Shown piece after piece: positions 1 through 13,157 of a stretch of DNA of 64,000 nt. The stretch comes from Lama guanicoe. Taxonomy: Eukaryota. The translations under genes were made by a program, and so were the position numbers. Position 1 is the first letter of the stretch. Each line of letters begins with the position of its first letter. The DNA is taken from positions 2,454,282 through 2,518,281 of the forward strand of contig MU054400.1 in NCBI GenBank assembly GCA_013239625.1, in the 5' to 3' direction. The notes beneath the pieces were generated by a model. It worked only from the letters and a program-made list of their open reading frames with translations. It searched no databases and had not been told where the DNA came from.

Positions 1-475
1 TATCTGCAGGGTAAAGGACCATCATGACTTTCCTGACACAGTTAAATGAAAGATCAAAATTAGTCCAAACTGTCCTGAAAGTCAGATGACAGAAGTTCAG
101 GTCTCAGTCCTGAACCTACTTTCTGTGTTAGCTTAGGCAAGTTAATTAACTTCTGGCTACATTACTTTCTTCCTTGGGAAAGAAAGGACGTTAAAGTAAA
201 TAATCTCCCAGTTACCCTCCAACTCTAAAACAATACAAGTCTATGTACAACCTTGGCTTTTTAAGATACTCCATAATCCTTAAACATTCACTTTTGTAGA
301 GAGTAAAAAAGAAGATAGCTCAGAAACAGGTAGGTTAGTAGGAAAATCCAGGTTTTAAAATGTTTATGGTAACTGAGTCAAACAGAAGTAATTTAATTTT
401 TAAAAAAGATACTTTCATCTGTTTAAGAAATTATTGTATAAGAGGGCTCTGGCGATTCTGGAGGGTGGCTCCCAA

Positions 476-909
476 TGTTACTGAGTCCAAACTCACTCTG
501 CTCGCTGCACTACAGGCCAATAAATCAGGAGCCGAGGCATTGGGGCAAGGAATGGGAACTTTATTCGGAAAGCTGGCAGACCAAGAGGATGGCAGACTAA
601 TGTCTTTGAGGACCATCCTCCTCCAGTCAGAATACAGGCTCCTTTTATACAAAAAAGGGGAGAGGGTGTGGTTGGTTGTTGCAAACTTCTTGCTGTGGGA
701 ATTCTTTGTTCCTGCAGCTGTCCACCTGGGCCAGCTCCTGGTGCTCCTGCAAAAACTCCAACAAAACAAATGTTATTCTCTATTCGGCAACTTGTTATCT
801 TTATGTGTGTGCAGAGCTAGCAGAGACTAAGCCTAGGAAACAGGGCACAGGGTTAAAGCCAAAGGAACAGATCTAATATGGAGTCAGATTTGTTCTTTTC
901 TATTATACA
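476..909 (-). mobile_element. ERV1-class solo LTR (MER41-like)
   Basis: TG...CA termini; minus-strand TATAAAA at 643-649 and AATAAA at 560-565. The family assignment is from recall and no clean TSD is visible. Confidence 0.7.
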
Positions 910-1211
910 ACACCTGAAGTTTCTCAATTCTTTTATACATTTGAAAATTGGGATTCATGTAAACAGAAGTAGTCATATGTGTTGGAGTAAGTTTTGTAGG
1001 TGAAGCTCAATGAGGTGCCCGTCGGGAATAAGAGCCGAGCATTTAGGCAGAAGAATGGCATTTGCAGAATATTTGGCATGAACTTAGGTTTAGGGCTGAT
1101 GTTAACTGGAATATTTCAGTTTGTCATCTTGGGTGTCAGACACCAATCAGCGCTCTGGCCTGATTTGCTCCAGCATGAAGTTTGGACTCAAGCGTCCTTG
1201 CTGGTGACATC

Positions 1212-1228
1212 CTGCCACCTTGTGGCCA
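1212..1228 (-). promoter_or_regulatory. CTCF consensus-like motif
   Basis: Minus strand reads TGGCCACAAGGTGGCAG. Confidence 0.5.
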
Positions 1229-3764
1229 GCTGTGGACTTCAGCATTGTGCAGTGTGCCTTGTCCCCTAAGTGTGCCAAGGCAGAGGATCTTTCCAGCTTT
1301 CCAGCTTTCCAGCTTTCGGGATTCCAAGCACAATCCTGTGGGCTCTGTTCATTGCCTACAGGCACTTCTATCGGTCATCAAATGTTTGTGTTGCATTCCC
1401 TCCGTAAAGGAGAGTCAGTAATCCTTTCATTCCATAAGCTCACATAAGCTCACATAGCTGATGGGATGGCAGAAATAAAGAGAGGTTTAAGTGGTGTAAA
1501 TGTTAATCTGATCTTGGTTCTGCTCCTAAATTCTTGCTTCAGGTAAGCTCCAGATCTGCAGTTGAGAGGCCACGTTCTTCCTGGTTCTGCAGATTAAACT
1601 GCTCATCCTTGGGAAGACCAACTCACCCCTCCATCCTTACCTAACCGTTACAAGGCTTTACCAGGGTCACCGCATGTCTGTTACCGCATACCACGGCACT
1701 CGTCTGTGGTAAGTACTATTTTTAATCCTCATTTTATAGATTTACTGAGATTTGGAGACATTAAGTAACTTGTCCAAGGTCGCTCATACAAACCTCAGTT
1801 ACAGGAATCCCCACTGTGAACCCCTCTGCCTTGTGTCTGTGAAATGAAGTAAAAACACCTCCTTTACTGCACACAAAGCAGATGTAAGATCAAAGGAGAT
1901 GATAATGCAAATGAAGCCTTTTTTAAATGAGAAAGACCTACCCAGATGTTGGTCGGCATTTCAAAAAATAGTCGTTATTACTATTATTATGCAAGATGTT
2001 GAGATTGTTGCTAATGGCAGCCCCAAATTGTCAATTTCCTAAATGGAAGAGAAGAGTGACTTCTTGAAGAGAAATATCCAGACTGATTAAAAAGTTATTT
2101 TCAGTTGCTATGAATGGTGTTCTGTAATCCCCTCCCTCTCCTGTTTGCTGCGCAGTTTCAAATGAAGCTGATCCTAATTAGAGATTTCATGTGTGAGAAA
2201 CGAATTTGCTTGTGAATTCAATATATAATAATGGAAAGCTGGCTATAGACCACTGGGGGCTAACAACTAGACCTGTGTGGTAAAGTGTTGAGATTTGTGT
2301 CTGTAGCCGTCTGGACGAATTGGACAGTTAATTTGAATTAAAGGGGGAGAAAACAGATGTTCCACTGTCCTCTCTGACGGATAAAGAGGAATTCTGTGTT
2401 CTGTTTCTGTGGGACTTGAGTTACTTGGAATGACTGCGGATATACATTCACCTCTCTGTTTTACCAATTTAAGTGCAGTATTTGCATCATGAAAACTAGT
2501 GATGCTCAGGGTGAAAACCACCGAACGAAAGACAGCAAGCAGATCATTCAAGTCTCAAATCCAGCATTGGGTGATAGGATAAGAAGGCGTACCTTAACGA
2601 AATCTAGTGATAAAGTATAAGGGTACCACATTGGACGTGAAGTACATGACCATCTAATTTAGATTAGTGCGTATGTAACACTCACTTCCCACACACTGCT
2701 CTCACAAGTCATTCCTTCGACAGGATAAAGCCAGAAGGAAACCTGGTTAGACCTGCAGGTCTTTGGAGGGCAAGATCCTGCTTGAAATGGTGTAGTATCA
2801 ATGGAGCAGGCATGAGACTCCATCAGTAAGCATCTCACTAGAAATTTTGAAAGTGTATCCCTCTGGCTTTGGTGGTGCCTGCCCTGTTGCTCCTAGCAAA
2901 AGAATGTTGTCTTGGAAACCATTTTGGTTTCTTTTATGAGTTATAAACTGCTGACATTCGCCACTTTGTATTCACAGTTGGGACACATGACCCATAAGTT
3001 AAATATTTACATTTTTGATCCCTGTGGGTTTTTTTTTTTTTTTTGGTAAATGAGTGGTTTGAAATAATCTGTAAAATAAAAATAAACTGGAGGGTGTATT
3101 AAGGAGAAAATAAGTCATAAAAAGAAAGGTTGGGTGTGTGGAAGGGCGGATATATTAATTCTGCCCATTTCTCATTGATGGGGTAATGCTGGCGGTAGAC
3201 AACTTGGATATGGGTTGAGTGTATAAGAAGTTGGCTTTTAAACCACCTTCTTACCCTCCCACCTGTTACCTTTCTGAGTTCTGCCTTGCTAGTGTTTGTG
3301 AGGGATGGGGAAGAGAGCGTTCAATTCAGCATACTACATAAATTGGTAGACAGGGCAATTTCAAATCATCTGCACTTGGATTCTTCTGCCCTGTATTGAA
3401 GAACATCACAAAACAATCGTTTCTACTGTAAGGAAATTGTGGAATTGTTATTATATTATATTATAATATATTGTATATATTACATACAAGATGGATGTAC
3501 TCTTTATGGAGATTCTCAGGATAAATTAATTTGTTCTTAGCATCAGGAACAGTTGCGTTTCTCCTGAGCAAATAAAAAAATAAACCTTAGGACACTGAGA
3601 ATTGTGTCCTTAAAAGTCTTACTGTCACACTGACCACTAGAAAGCTCAGAGCTAAAGTTGCAACTTATTCATCGCAACTATATAAGTATGTGGTGTATAT
3701 TTGTGTGCTGAGTTTATTTCTGGCTTTATTGTGTGTTTTTATGTTTTTTTCTCATTTACAGTAG

Positions 3765-4230
3765 TAGTAAGAATTAGGTTTGGCTGTGTGGAATCAAAAC
3801 CCCCAAATACTAGTGGCTTAAACAAGATAGAAATTTCATTTTTTTGGGGGGGGGTAAAATTCTGGGTAGGTAGTCCAAATTTGGAATGGCATCTCCACGA
3901 TCATTGGGTACCCAAACTTCCAGTGCGTTGCTCTGCCATCCTCAACACACAGCTTCCAGCTCACGGTCCAGGATGGCTGCTCTTGCCATCAAGTCTGCAG
4001 CCAGTCAGCAGGAAGGGACCACCAATCCTCCCTTCTAAGGATACTTCCTAGAAATTGCACATACAGCTTCCATTTACATCCCACTGACCAGACCTTAGAC
4101 ATATGGGTGCACCTAGCTGTAAGGACAGCTGGGGAGCGGGGGTAGCCATGTATCTTATCTAAAAATGAGGAATCTTAATGCTGTAGAGGAAGGGGAGATG
4201 AGCTGTTGGGAAGCAAGTAGAAGGCTGTGG
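3765..4230 (-). mobile_element. Old MaLR LTR (MLT1J/K-like)
   Basis: AGTGGCTTAAACAAGATAGAAATTT and CACCTAGCTGTAAGG motifs; boundaries approximate. Confidence 0.6.
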
Positions 4231-4599
4231 CAATTTAGATTATTTGATGCATCTTTGTGAACTATTTTAAATTCTATTCACACTGGGACAGGGGTGCTTA
4301 TAAGTAATGAAGGAGTGAGTAAGTTTACATTCCTTAGAAGAAGGATGGATCTCGTTACTTCTTCTGTTTAACATGAGTCAGAATCTCAGAACGGGCTCTT
4401 CAATGCCATGGGGTTCTGAAACAGTTTCTGTAACCCCACTTTGGGATGTTCAGATCACTAAGGGTCTGCAAAGGTAGGGCTGTTGGGAGTGAGCTATTGT
4501 GGTTAATCTCTGAAAGCCCCTCGAGCAATATACATTCACTACTCAGAGATGGTTCTAGAAGTCTTTGATAAAAAGGAGAAAATCATTATTATTCAACGT

Positions 4600-4792
4600 A
4601 ATTATCCCTCAGTATCCGCAGAGGCTGATTCCAGGACCCCCAGCCGATTCCCAGAACTGCGGATGCTTGAGGCCCTTATGTAAATGGAACAGTGCTGCTG
4701 TACCCGTGGGTTCTGCACCCTCAGTCAGCCGCCCGCGACCAGGATCGGCTGAGTCTGGGGATGCGGGATCTGAGCATACGGAGGGCGGAGTG
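4600..4792. mobile_element. MER2/MER8-like Tigger MITE
   Basis: Inverted ends CCCTCAGTATCCGC and GCATACGGAGGG; internal GATTCCAGGACCCCC. Confidence 0.65.
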
Positions 4793-5758
4793 CACATGCG
4801 GTTTTTTGGTAGACAAATATCTTGTGAAGAGTTTGGCTCTTGGGGTGTCCTGGTATTGTAAGAACATGACCAAAAGGATCTGGAATAGTGAAGTGTTTTG
4901 GAACTGGTGGCTGGAATGGCTGTTTTGTCATGAGACTTTAAAGTCATGGCCACACTAGAGCAGTGGTTTCCAGACTTCAGTGTGCCCAGGACTTTAGGGC
5001 CATCATTAAAACTACTGCTACCTGGCGCCCACCTTCAGAGATGCTCATTTGTTAGCTTGGGGGCAGAATTTGACAGGTACTGGACTAACAGATATTGATT
5101 GCCCAACGTTAACGATTTCTAAATGGAGTTAATTAAACTTTCCTTTGAAATAGAGCATGAACAAGTCATTGGAAAACACAGGATATGCTTTAAATAGTTT
5201 ATTTTCCCAAGTTTCTGAGGGGTCCAGCATTTCTCCTCCCCATGACAATCTCTTTTGTGAAGCATGACTCTCAGACCAGTTGAGCACAGTTGAATTCCTG
5301 CCTAAACTTAGTTAATGACTTGATGAGGGCTTTTAGCACTCTCTCGCAGCTCTGGGCACCCGACATGCCAGGCATCAGTGAGCATGGAGAAGGCGTCCTT
5401 AGGTTCCTCCTCACCATAGAAACCAGTGCACACTGATCTGTGTCCGTCAGTTTTCAGGCTGGTGACTGGTCACCTGTGTCGTAGCAACAGGAGAAGGCTG
5501 CAGTTGATCTCGGCATTTCACGTGCTCTGGAAACAGGGTTTCAATCCCAGGCCCTGGCTTCTTCCTCTGTGTAGATTCCTGGTGAGATGTTGTTTGGACT
5601 CTGGGAGTTGAGGGGACCTGAGAGCAACAGAGTGGGAGAGAAATTCTGGACCATGAACAATATTGGTGGCTGATGTATGCAAATTGGAGGTGTTAGCTGA
5701 ACCAGTAAAAAAAAAAAAAAAGGGATGAATTTTAGGGGAGGGGAGGGAATCCCATTCA

Positions 5759-6045
5759 TTTTTTAAATCGAAATACAGTTGGTTTACAATGCTGCGTTAA
5801 CTTCTGGTGTGCAGCACAGTGACTCAGCCACACACACACATGCATATATATTCCTTTTCATACTCCTTTACATTCCGGGCTACCACCAGGTGTTGAATAT
5901 AGCTCCCTGTGCTATACAGTAGGACCCTGCTGTTCACCTATTTTACATACAGTAGTTAGTATCTGCAAATCCTGAACTCCTAGTTTATCCCTCCATCCCC
6001 CATCTCCCCTCTGGTAACCACAAGTTTGCTCGCTATGTCTGTGAG
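5759..6045 (-). mobile_element. L1 3' UTR fragment
   Basis: Homologous to 32376-32650 and to the reverse complement of 59830-60110. Confidence 0.82.
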
Positions 6046-6079
6046 CATATATGGATTTGCAAAACTCCAAAAGTTATAA

Positions 6080-6460
6080 AGTACTGCACTGTGTTGGGCT
6101 GGTAAGCGTATAAATCAGTCAGATAGCTATGGAAGGCAATTTGTCAATATCTTTCAAAATTACAAATGTACATGACCTAAGTTTCAGCAATTCCCTTTCT
6201 AGAAATTTCTCCTACAAGTATACTCTCACATACGTGAAGTGACACATATAGAGGCTATTCACTGCAGTGTTTTGGGAGTGCAAAATATGGACTGCACCGT
6301 AAATAGAAAATGACTGAATAAATTACAGTAAATCCATATGATATGTGCAAAAGAATGAAGCTTTTATGTAGTGCTCTAGAAGGAGTCCAAAAGTGTATCA
6401 TTAAGTGAGCAAGAGTGAGGAGCAGAACAGATGTATGGCATGCTGCCATTTGTCAACCAC
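6080..6460 (+). mobile_element. Degenerate L1ME-like fragment
   Basis: GGAAGGCAATTTGTCAATATCT...CAGCAATTCCCTTTCTAGAAATTT signature. Confidence 0.55.
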
Positions 6461-8984
6461 GAGTACAGGAAGTTGACTCCCTCGCCTGCAAAGGAGAACT
6501 AATGTCTGCTCTTCTGGGCAACCTGAGGAGATAGGACACACAATTCTGGATCCTACTTTTGCTGCTGAAGTTGCTAGCCTTCCCCTAACTGGGTGAACAG
6601 ACCCAGACCCTCAAGGACCTGTGCAGTGCTCACCAGTCCCCTGCCGTCCGCATGCCCGGTATCCAGTGGTACTGGCAGGAACCATACTTTTTGATTCGCA
6701 GTGGACTAGGACTTCTTTCCTCCTGGACTGGGTCTATGCGGGGTTGGGAGTTAGCATTTAAACTTACTTTTGTTTCATTCATACCCGATGAATCTTTGTT
6801 GGTGGTATAAAAGCCCACTGTAGAAATGGAGAAATCACTTTCAGTTTCTGGTGTGCAACTAGAAAATTCGTCTTTAATCAGATGATGATAACCTTGTGTG
6901 CCATTTACCCAGGGTTTTTACAAAGCAGATATCAGTGGTTAGTGTATAAAAATCCCACGCAAGCCTGGGCTTGCTTTCATGTTTCAGTTACCTTCATGAC
7001 TGCCAGCAGAATTAGCAGGTAGATTGGCTTTGTAGGAAGCCAGTAGGAAGTATGTTGTCCATTCAATGTTTGACCATTTGGCTTCGCCTTGAGGTTTAGC
7101 ATAACACAGGAAACATTAGGTTGGGAGATAAAAACCTCTATATGTCTCTAGCGTTTTTGTATGTCTTACAAGGAAGTAATCATGAATTTGTGCAAAGATC
7201 TGACTACAAGAATGTGTATAGTAGATGTGTTGATAATCATGAAAAATGGGAGGCATCCATAATAGCCAACCACAAGGAGTTGGTTAAATTCTGGTACAGT
7301 GATACAGCCAAGAGCACAGCGGACATTTAAAAATGATAATGTAGAAGAATATTTAACAACATGCAGAAATGTTCATGACATATGAAGAGGGAAAAGCTGG
7401 CCTCAAAATAAATCACAGCACTGATCTTGTTTTAAAATTATTATACGTGCAACAACAAAAAACATACACTGAGTGACTATACACCACAGATTATTAGCGC
7501 TTGTCATATTTTGTGATGGGATGTGGATAAAGTTTTAATTTTCTTCTTAAGATTATGAATACTTTTTTACAAAAATACGCTTGATTACTTTTGCAAGAAA
7601 GCATCTTAAAAAAGCTGTTATGAGAAGGGCATCAGATGGAAACATCGCTGAGCACCTCTCCCTACACAGTTGCAGCAGGCCAATGTTGGGAACCCCCTCT
7701 AGAGCCCCACGTCTCGGCCTCACCCTCTCAGGCCCACCCCCGGCCCTGGGTCTGGCCTGCTCCTGGGCAGACTCTCCGAGTCTCTGCCTTGTTCCTCAGT
7801 ATTGATGTCTGGACAGTGTCTGTCCCACCTACCTGACCAGGGGCCCTTGCGATGATTAGGTCATCTAGAAGACCACCCGCCCCCCGCCAGTTTTAGATGG
7901 AATTTTGATTGAATTCTTTCTGAATACTTCAGTAGTTTTTAAGAAAAAACTTTCTTGAGCATCCAGCTGCAGCCTCCTGTGAGCACTTGGCCCTTGTTTG
8001 AGAACGCCGGAGTCTGTTGCCATGGAAACAACACTCAAGTCAGACTGCTACAGAAAGACCTCTCCTGAGCCCCCAGGAACATACTGTTTCCTTCAGTTTG
8101 GTTCCTTTCGGTTTAAGTAGGCATGGAAACCCTCCCTTTCTGGGGAACCTGCTTTCCTTGGCCAGACGTTGATGAATGGATGGTCAAAGAGAGCAAATAA
8201 ATTTTCAGCTGTTTGAGATGTCTGTCACAGAAAGGGCAGGTTGAATTTTGAGGGGTGAATTCTAATGAGAATTAGAGTCTTTGTTTTGCACAAGTGCTTT
8301 TAAGAATGGCCAACCTTTCCCATAAGTGGGATTAAGTTGCTCATGGCTTCTAAGTCACAAAGTTTTAGCTGATGCGTGCTTCCCTACCTTGCAAGCTGCT
8401 GCAGCCAAAATCTGTTACGGTGTGATCAGAGCTCACCTTGAATATGCATCAGGCTTTCCTACAATACTTTCAAACTAAGTGTTTTTTTTCATTTCTCATA
8501 TATTTTAAATTCATGTTCTTGCGCTGCAGTTCTATGATGTCGAACGTTAATGTAACTCTTTTATTAGAGACTTAGAAAGGGGAAGTGATTTTTCTCAGAA
8601 TGCATACAGTGAAAAAGCCATTATACAGTGTGTAGGAACAGGCTAATCACCATTCTATTCAACGAAGAGTGACCTCATGGTGCTCCAGCCTCTCTGTTAT
8701 TCCCTCCTGAGCCCCAGTCATCACTGGCCTTCCAGTTTGTGGCCTGGAGCCAACAATCTTGAAAATCCCTGTGAAGAACAACATATAAATAAAAAGATTC
8801 AGCAAGATTATGGGGAAGAGAAAGCGCAAACCCCCGTGTGGGTAAACCATGCCTCCTTCACATTCCAATTTACATTTCCGAAGCTTAAAATATTCTGAAA
8901 CCCCTAAAGAATGTGTGGAAAGTAGAAATGTTTCTTAAAAACAAATATTCTACAAAAACTAAGAAACATTCACATGTCAATCAA

Positions 8985-9380
8985 GAGTAGAAGGGATACA
9001 TAAGTGGTGGTGTGGTCGTACAATGGAATAATGGCAATGAGAACAGAATGAGCTACTGGGTAAAACTGAAATTCATTATGCTGAAGGGAGAAAGCAAGAG
9101 ACAAAGAGAATGTGCTGTGTGAAGTTCTAGCTGAATCGTTTATCAGAACTAATCTCTGGGGGAAAGAAAAGTCAATGGAGCTTCCCTGGGAGTATGGGAG
9201 CGTGGGGGTGAGCATGACTGGGGAGGGGTGCCAGGGAGCTTTCTGAAATGATGCAATTGTGCTCCATCTGGACTGGGCTGATAGTCACATGGGTCACATG
9301 CATTTGTCAAAACTCAACAAAATTTACACTTAAAACCTGTGCATTTTTTGTATATAAATTATACCTCAATGAAAAAAAAG
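8985..9380 (+). mobile_element. Degenerate L1M 3' end
   Basis: CATTTGTCAAAACTCA...TATAAATTATACCTCAAT terminus. Confidence 0.6.
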
Positions 9381-9399
9381 TGTATTGGATAGCTTTTCT

Positions 9400-9610
9400 C
9401 AGCAAGGCATATTTCTAAGTGCTTTACATGATTTAACTTACTTCATTCTCACAAAAATCTAAGGGAGGAGATGTTCATTTGCATTTTACTGATGGGGAAA
9501 CCGAGGCACAGAGCAATTACATAGACACCGAAGGTAATGGAGCTAGTGTCTGGGGCCAGGATTCGAACACTGACAGTTCAGGTCCAGAGATGGACTCTTA
9601 GCGGTTGAAC
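9400..9610 (-). mobile_element. MIR SINE
   Basis: Core CATTTTACTGATGGGGAAACCGAGGCACAGAG...GGATTCGAAC. Confidence 0.7.
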
Positions 9611-10390
9611 CGTGTTTCATACGGGCCAGCGGTGACAACCAGCTTGCCGTTTCCCCTTTCCTCTAAGAGCTTTTCCAAATGTGATAGCAGAACAATTGCT
9701 CATATAAGCAGAAAGAATTATGCAATGAAGTAGGTGCTCTTCAGTCAAAGGAACTTAGACCAGGGAGTGTTGCCCCCAACTGTCCTTTTGGCCATAGCAA
9801 TATATAGATTTGGTGGCTTTCAGTGAGTTGACAGTAGTGGGAGTGGAAGGAGATGAAGCGTTTCTGAGTGCCCTAGGATTCTACAGTCCTCTGATTTTAT
9901 GACTATGACTGAAAGCATGCCCAGGACGTGGCAGATATGGGGCTGATTCTACATGTAAACACGACTTAATGAGAGATCAGATATTTTCCTGATCTCGGTT
10001 ATCTCATGCTAAAGTGGTTGGCTGTCAGTTGCCAGGGGACTCAATTTCAAGACTGTCATTTGTGTGCCTTTCCCTGTTCCATGTCCATAGGCAGTATCCC
10101 TTCTATCAGTCGGTATCTTTCCATTTTGCAAAAGGCATAGTGAGTAAGAGGAGCTGGCTTGGCACAGATCCATTGTTTACTTTCTAGAGTCACTTGAAAT
10201 AAAAATGCAAATAGTCCACCAATGACCAGCATAGAAATTACTCCTCCTGCATCCCGGGGTAGTCCCATTGCCTTTGTAACATAAAGGAAAACAGAATCAT
10301 CATCGTAAGCTTGTGTTGTCTTTAGATCCGGAAAAAGGATGGGTAAGTGTACACTTCTCTACCTACTTTAGCTTAAAACAGAGTTGTTTT

Positions 10391-10396
10391 TTTATT
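10391..10396 (-). terminator. Candidate polyadenylation signal (AATAAA) of SLC28A3
   Basis: TTTATT on the plus strand, followed on the minus strand by a T/G-rich stretch; implies a 3' UTR of about 2.65 kb. Another AATAAA lies at 8560-8565. Confidence 0.55.
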
Positions 10397-11849
10397 AAGT
10401 AACAGGTTGTAAAAAGGGAGCTTTCTTAAGACCAGATGGTTCATTGGCGCCATATGGTGCACCTGTACCATGCATTTCTTCCTTAAGTCCTGTGCTCCTG
10501 CCTGTTTAAAATGTGAATGGTCGCCTCCGCTTTCCCTGCTCCAGTACACTCAGGGTAGTTTAATCCTTCCTGGCACACTGCGTCCTTCAATATCTCCTTT
10601 ATAAACATGCCTGATTTTGGAATTGTTCTGTAATTGGACATCAGCCTCACTGGGTAGGTGCACGTCTTAAGCTCTTCACAGTGGCTTACCAGCCTAACTG
10701 AACTACAGAAATATAAAAGCAATGAGGTGGGAGTATTTGCAAAATGAATGCATGTTGATAATCTGTGTATTTACAGAGACCTTCTCACTCAGACCTAACT
10801 GCTTGGTTATGCTGCTTTTACCAATGGAAAGGAAAATCAAAGAAAATTTTCCATAGTCCATGATTCCAATCTATTCTTGGCTGAGACCCTAAGGCTTCTG
10901 CAGGATCAGAGAACTTGTTTTCATAACCATAGCTTTTGGATTGAAGTGAGAAATGCCATTTCTTCCCTCCTCTCCCTTTTTGCAAACCAATGGAAAAGAA
11001 CAAGGAGACCAAGAAGCAGGAAGGCAAACTTCCATCTTTACTGAAATTAGGAAACATTCATACCTGGACCTGTAATACTGTCTTTGAAACAGGGCTTTCA
11101 GATACGTGTAAACTGCGCCAGTGTGAAGACAGACTCAGAGAGGAGGCTAGGGACTTCAAATTTCGTGGGCAAACTAGAGAGACTGCAGAATTGTTTGAAG
11201 TAGATTTCACAGCCTTGGCTTGAAACGAGGTAAGGGCGCATAGTCTGACAGCAGCAGTGACCTCAGGTGACAACTGAGCGAACACCTAGAAAACACCCCG
11301 ACATTCCATCTTCACCATCACCGAAGACCATGGGAGGTGTGGAGGACAAACTGTAAGGAACGAAGAGCCCTCCAGCTTCTACGTCTGCCAAAGAAGAGCG
11401 AAGACATCACCATCCCCAAAAAACCTCCATCGACTGGTTTCACTGGGAAGAGGGAAACTTCCAACCAGCCCAGAGCCACTCACAACATTCACAGGGGACT
11501 GGTGAGTTTTCTGAAGGCAACAAGCCTCAAGTGCTCACCAGCTCATTCGCCTGATCCTTACCCTTACTGCCCTTTCTTCTAATACGGCTCAGAAACAACA
11601 CCACCCTCCTCAGTTCAAGGACAGACAACATTCAAAAAGAAATCACAGGACTTAGGTGAACATGTAGTATTTAAAAAGAAATATCACACATACACCCAGA
11701 CATAGATGAATAAAACACATCTGAAAAATTACACTGCAAAGCGAATGAAAATTAGACAATGTATTTCTCCAAGAAGTAATCTGATAACATACATTAATAC
11801 CAGATATATACACACACTTCAATTCACCTAGGAAATCATCCTGTAGAAT

Positions 11850-12275
11850 TTCACTGTCCATTATATTAGTCACAGATATTTGATATATGGAACTATTTCA
11901 TGTGTGGAACTGAGGAACTAAAATTTTAATTTGAAAACATACTCATTTCAGTTATTGGAAACTTTTGGATGTTATTTGGAACAACTTGGGGATTTAAGTT
12001 TACTTTTCAACTGTAAATTTTATGAGATCTAATTACAGATCAAGTATTGCCAATGAAAATTTAGTGTCTCACAATATGCTCTAAGTATAAAATATACACT
12101 AGATTTTTTAAAGACTTAATTCAATAAAAATAATGTAAAATATGTCATTGAATTAATATCTTACTAATATAATAATATATTGTTAAAATTAATTTTACCA
12201 GTTTCTTTTACCTTTTCGATGTGGCTACTAAAAAATGTTAAATTACATGCAACTTGCATTATATTTTGATCAAAC
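11850..12275. mobile_element. hAT-Charlie (MER33/Charlie1-like) element inside the predicted 3' UTR
   Basis: GTGGCTACTAAAAAATGTTAAATTACATG...TTGCATTATATTT terminus; AT-rich. Confidence 0.6.
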
Positions 12276-13030
12276 GGCATACACTATGCCATAGGCTTTT
12301 ATGAAGGCTCACATCAGAACATAGAGAACAGAAGAAAAAGACATGTAAATACATTTCTCTAAGATCAAGTCTAAGTACTGAAAGGGCACATTAAGTTCCC
12401 AGAAAAATATGATACAAGTGATCAATAATTAGAAATATCCGAGTATATTGTACTTCAGAGATAAGGGGTTCTTTGGGCATTTAGGACCCTACTTCACCAC
12501 CACCACCACACAGACACAGACACACACACAAACACAAAATCAACTACACATGGATTAAAAAAAAATTACTCTCTTGCATGAGCAAAAGTGAAAGCACAAA
12601 TAAATTACTTAAGGTATTCCAAAACCTTTTTCATATTCTTTCTTTTATGTGAATCCCCTTTTAATCCAGTCATCAGTGCTTCTGTTTTCTTATACAGTGT
12701 AGTCTTTATGCCATTAAGAGCACTGGTGATGAGCATTTCATTAAAAGGCATCTCACCATTGTTTCCAGAATTTCCTTCTGAGACAGAAAACATTCTGGGG
12801 ACTGGAGACAGCACCTCACTTTGGCACACCACAGTGGGTAATTCTCAGTAGTGGAGAGGTTGGGGATGAGAGGGAAGGGGAGGAGGGAGGTTCTGAAGAT
12901 CTGAAATGTTCCCTGCTGTTTGTCTTCTTTCCATTTAAAACTGATTCCACGGTAGAAGTATCAATCTGTGGAAATAGCTTTTTTTTTTCCCTCCTCAAAG
13001 CAGAAAGTTCTGTGGGAGAAGTAGCTGAGC

Positions 13031-13157
13031 TCAAAATGCATTAGGGATCCAACTGCAGTTCAGTGTTGATGGATTCAGCAATCTGCAGCAGTCCTCCAAA
13101 GAGTGCAGGCTGTGGTTTCCTCCTGGGATGACCTCACCAGGACCCTTGGCAACGGTG
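13031..13157 (-). CDS. SLC28A3: SLC28A3 last coding exon ([41 protein letters not shown])
   Basis: caccag|CACC...TTT TGA; stop codon at 13031-13033. Confidence 0.95.

Noticed and set aside
360..830. 156-aa ORF and overlapping ORFs
   Set aside because: Mostly antisense reading of a solo LTR; no recognisable protein similarity.
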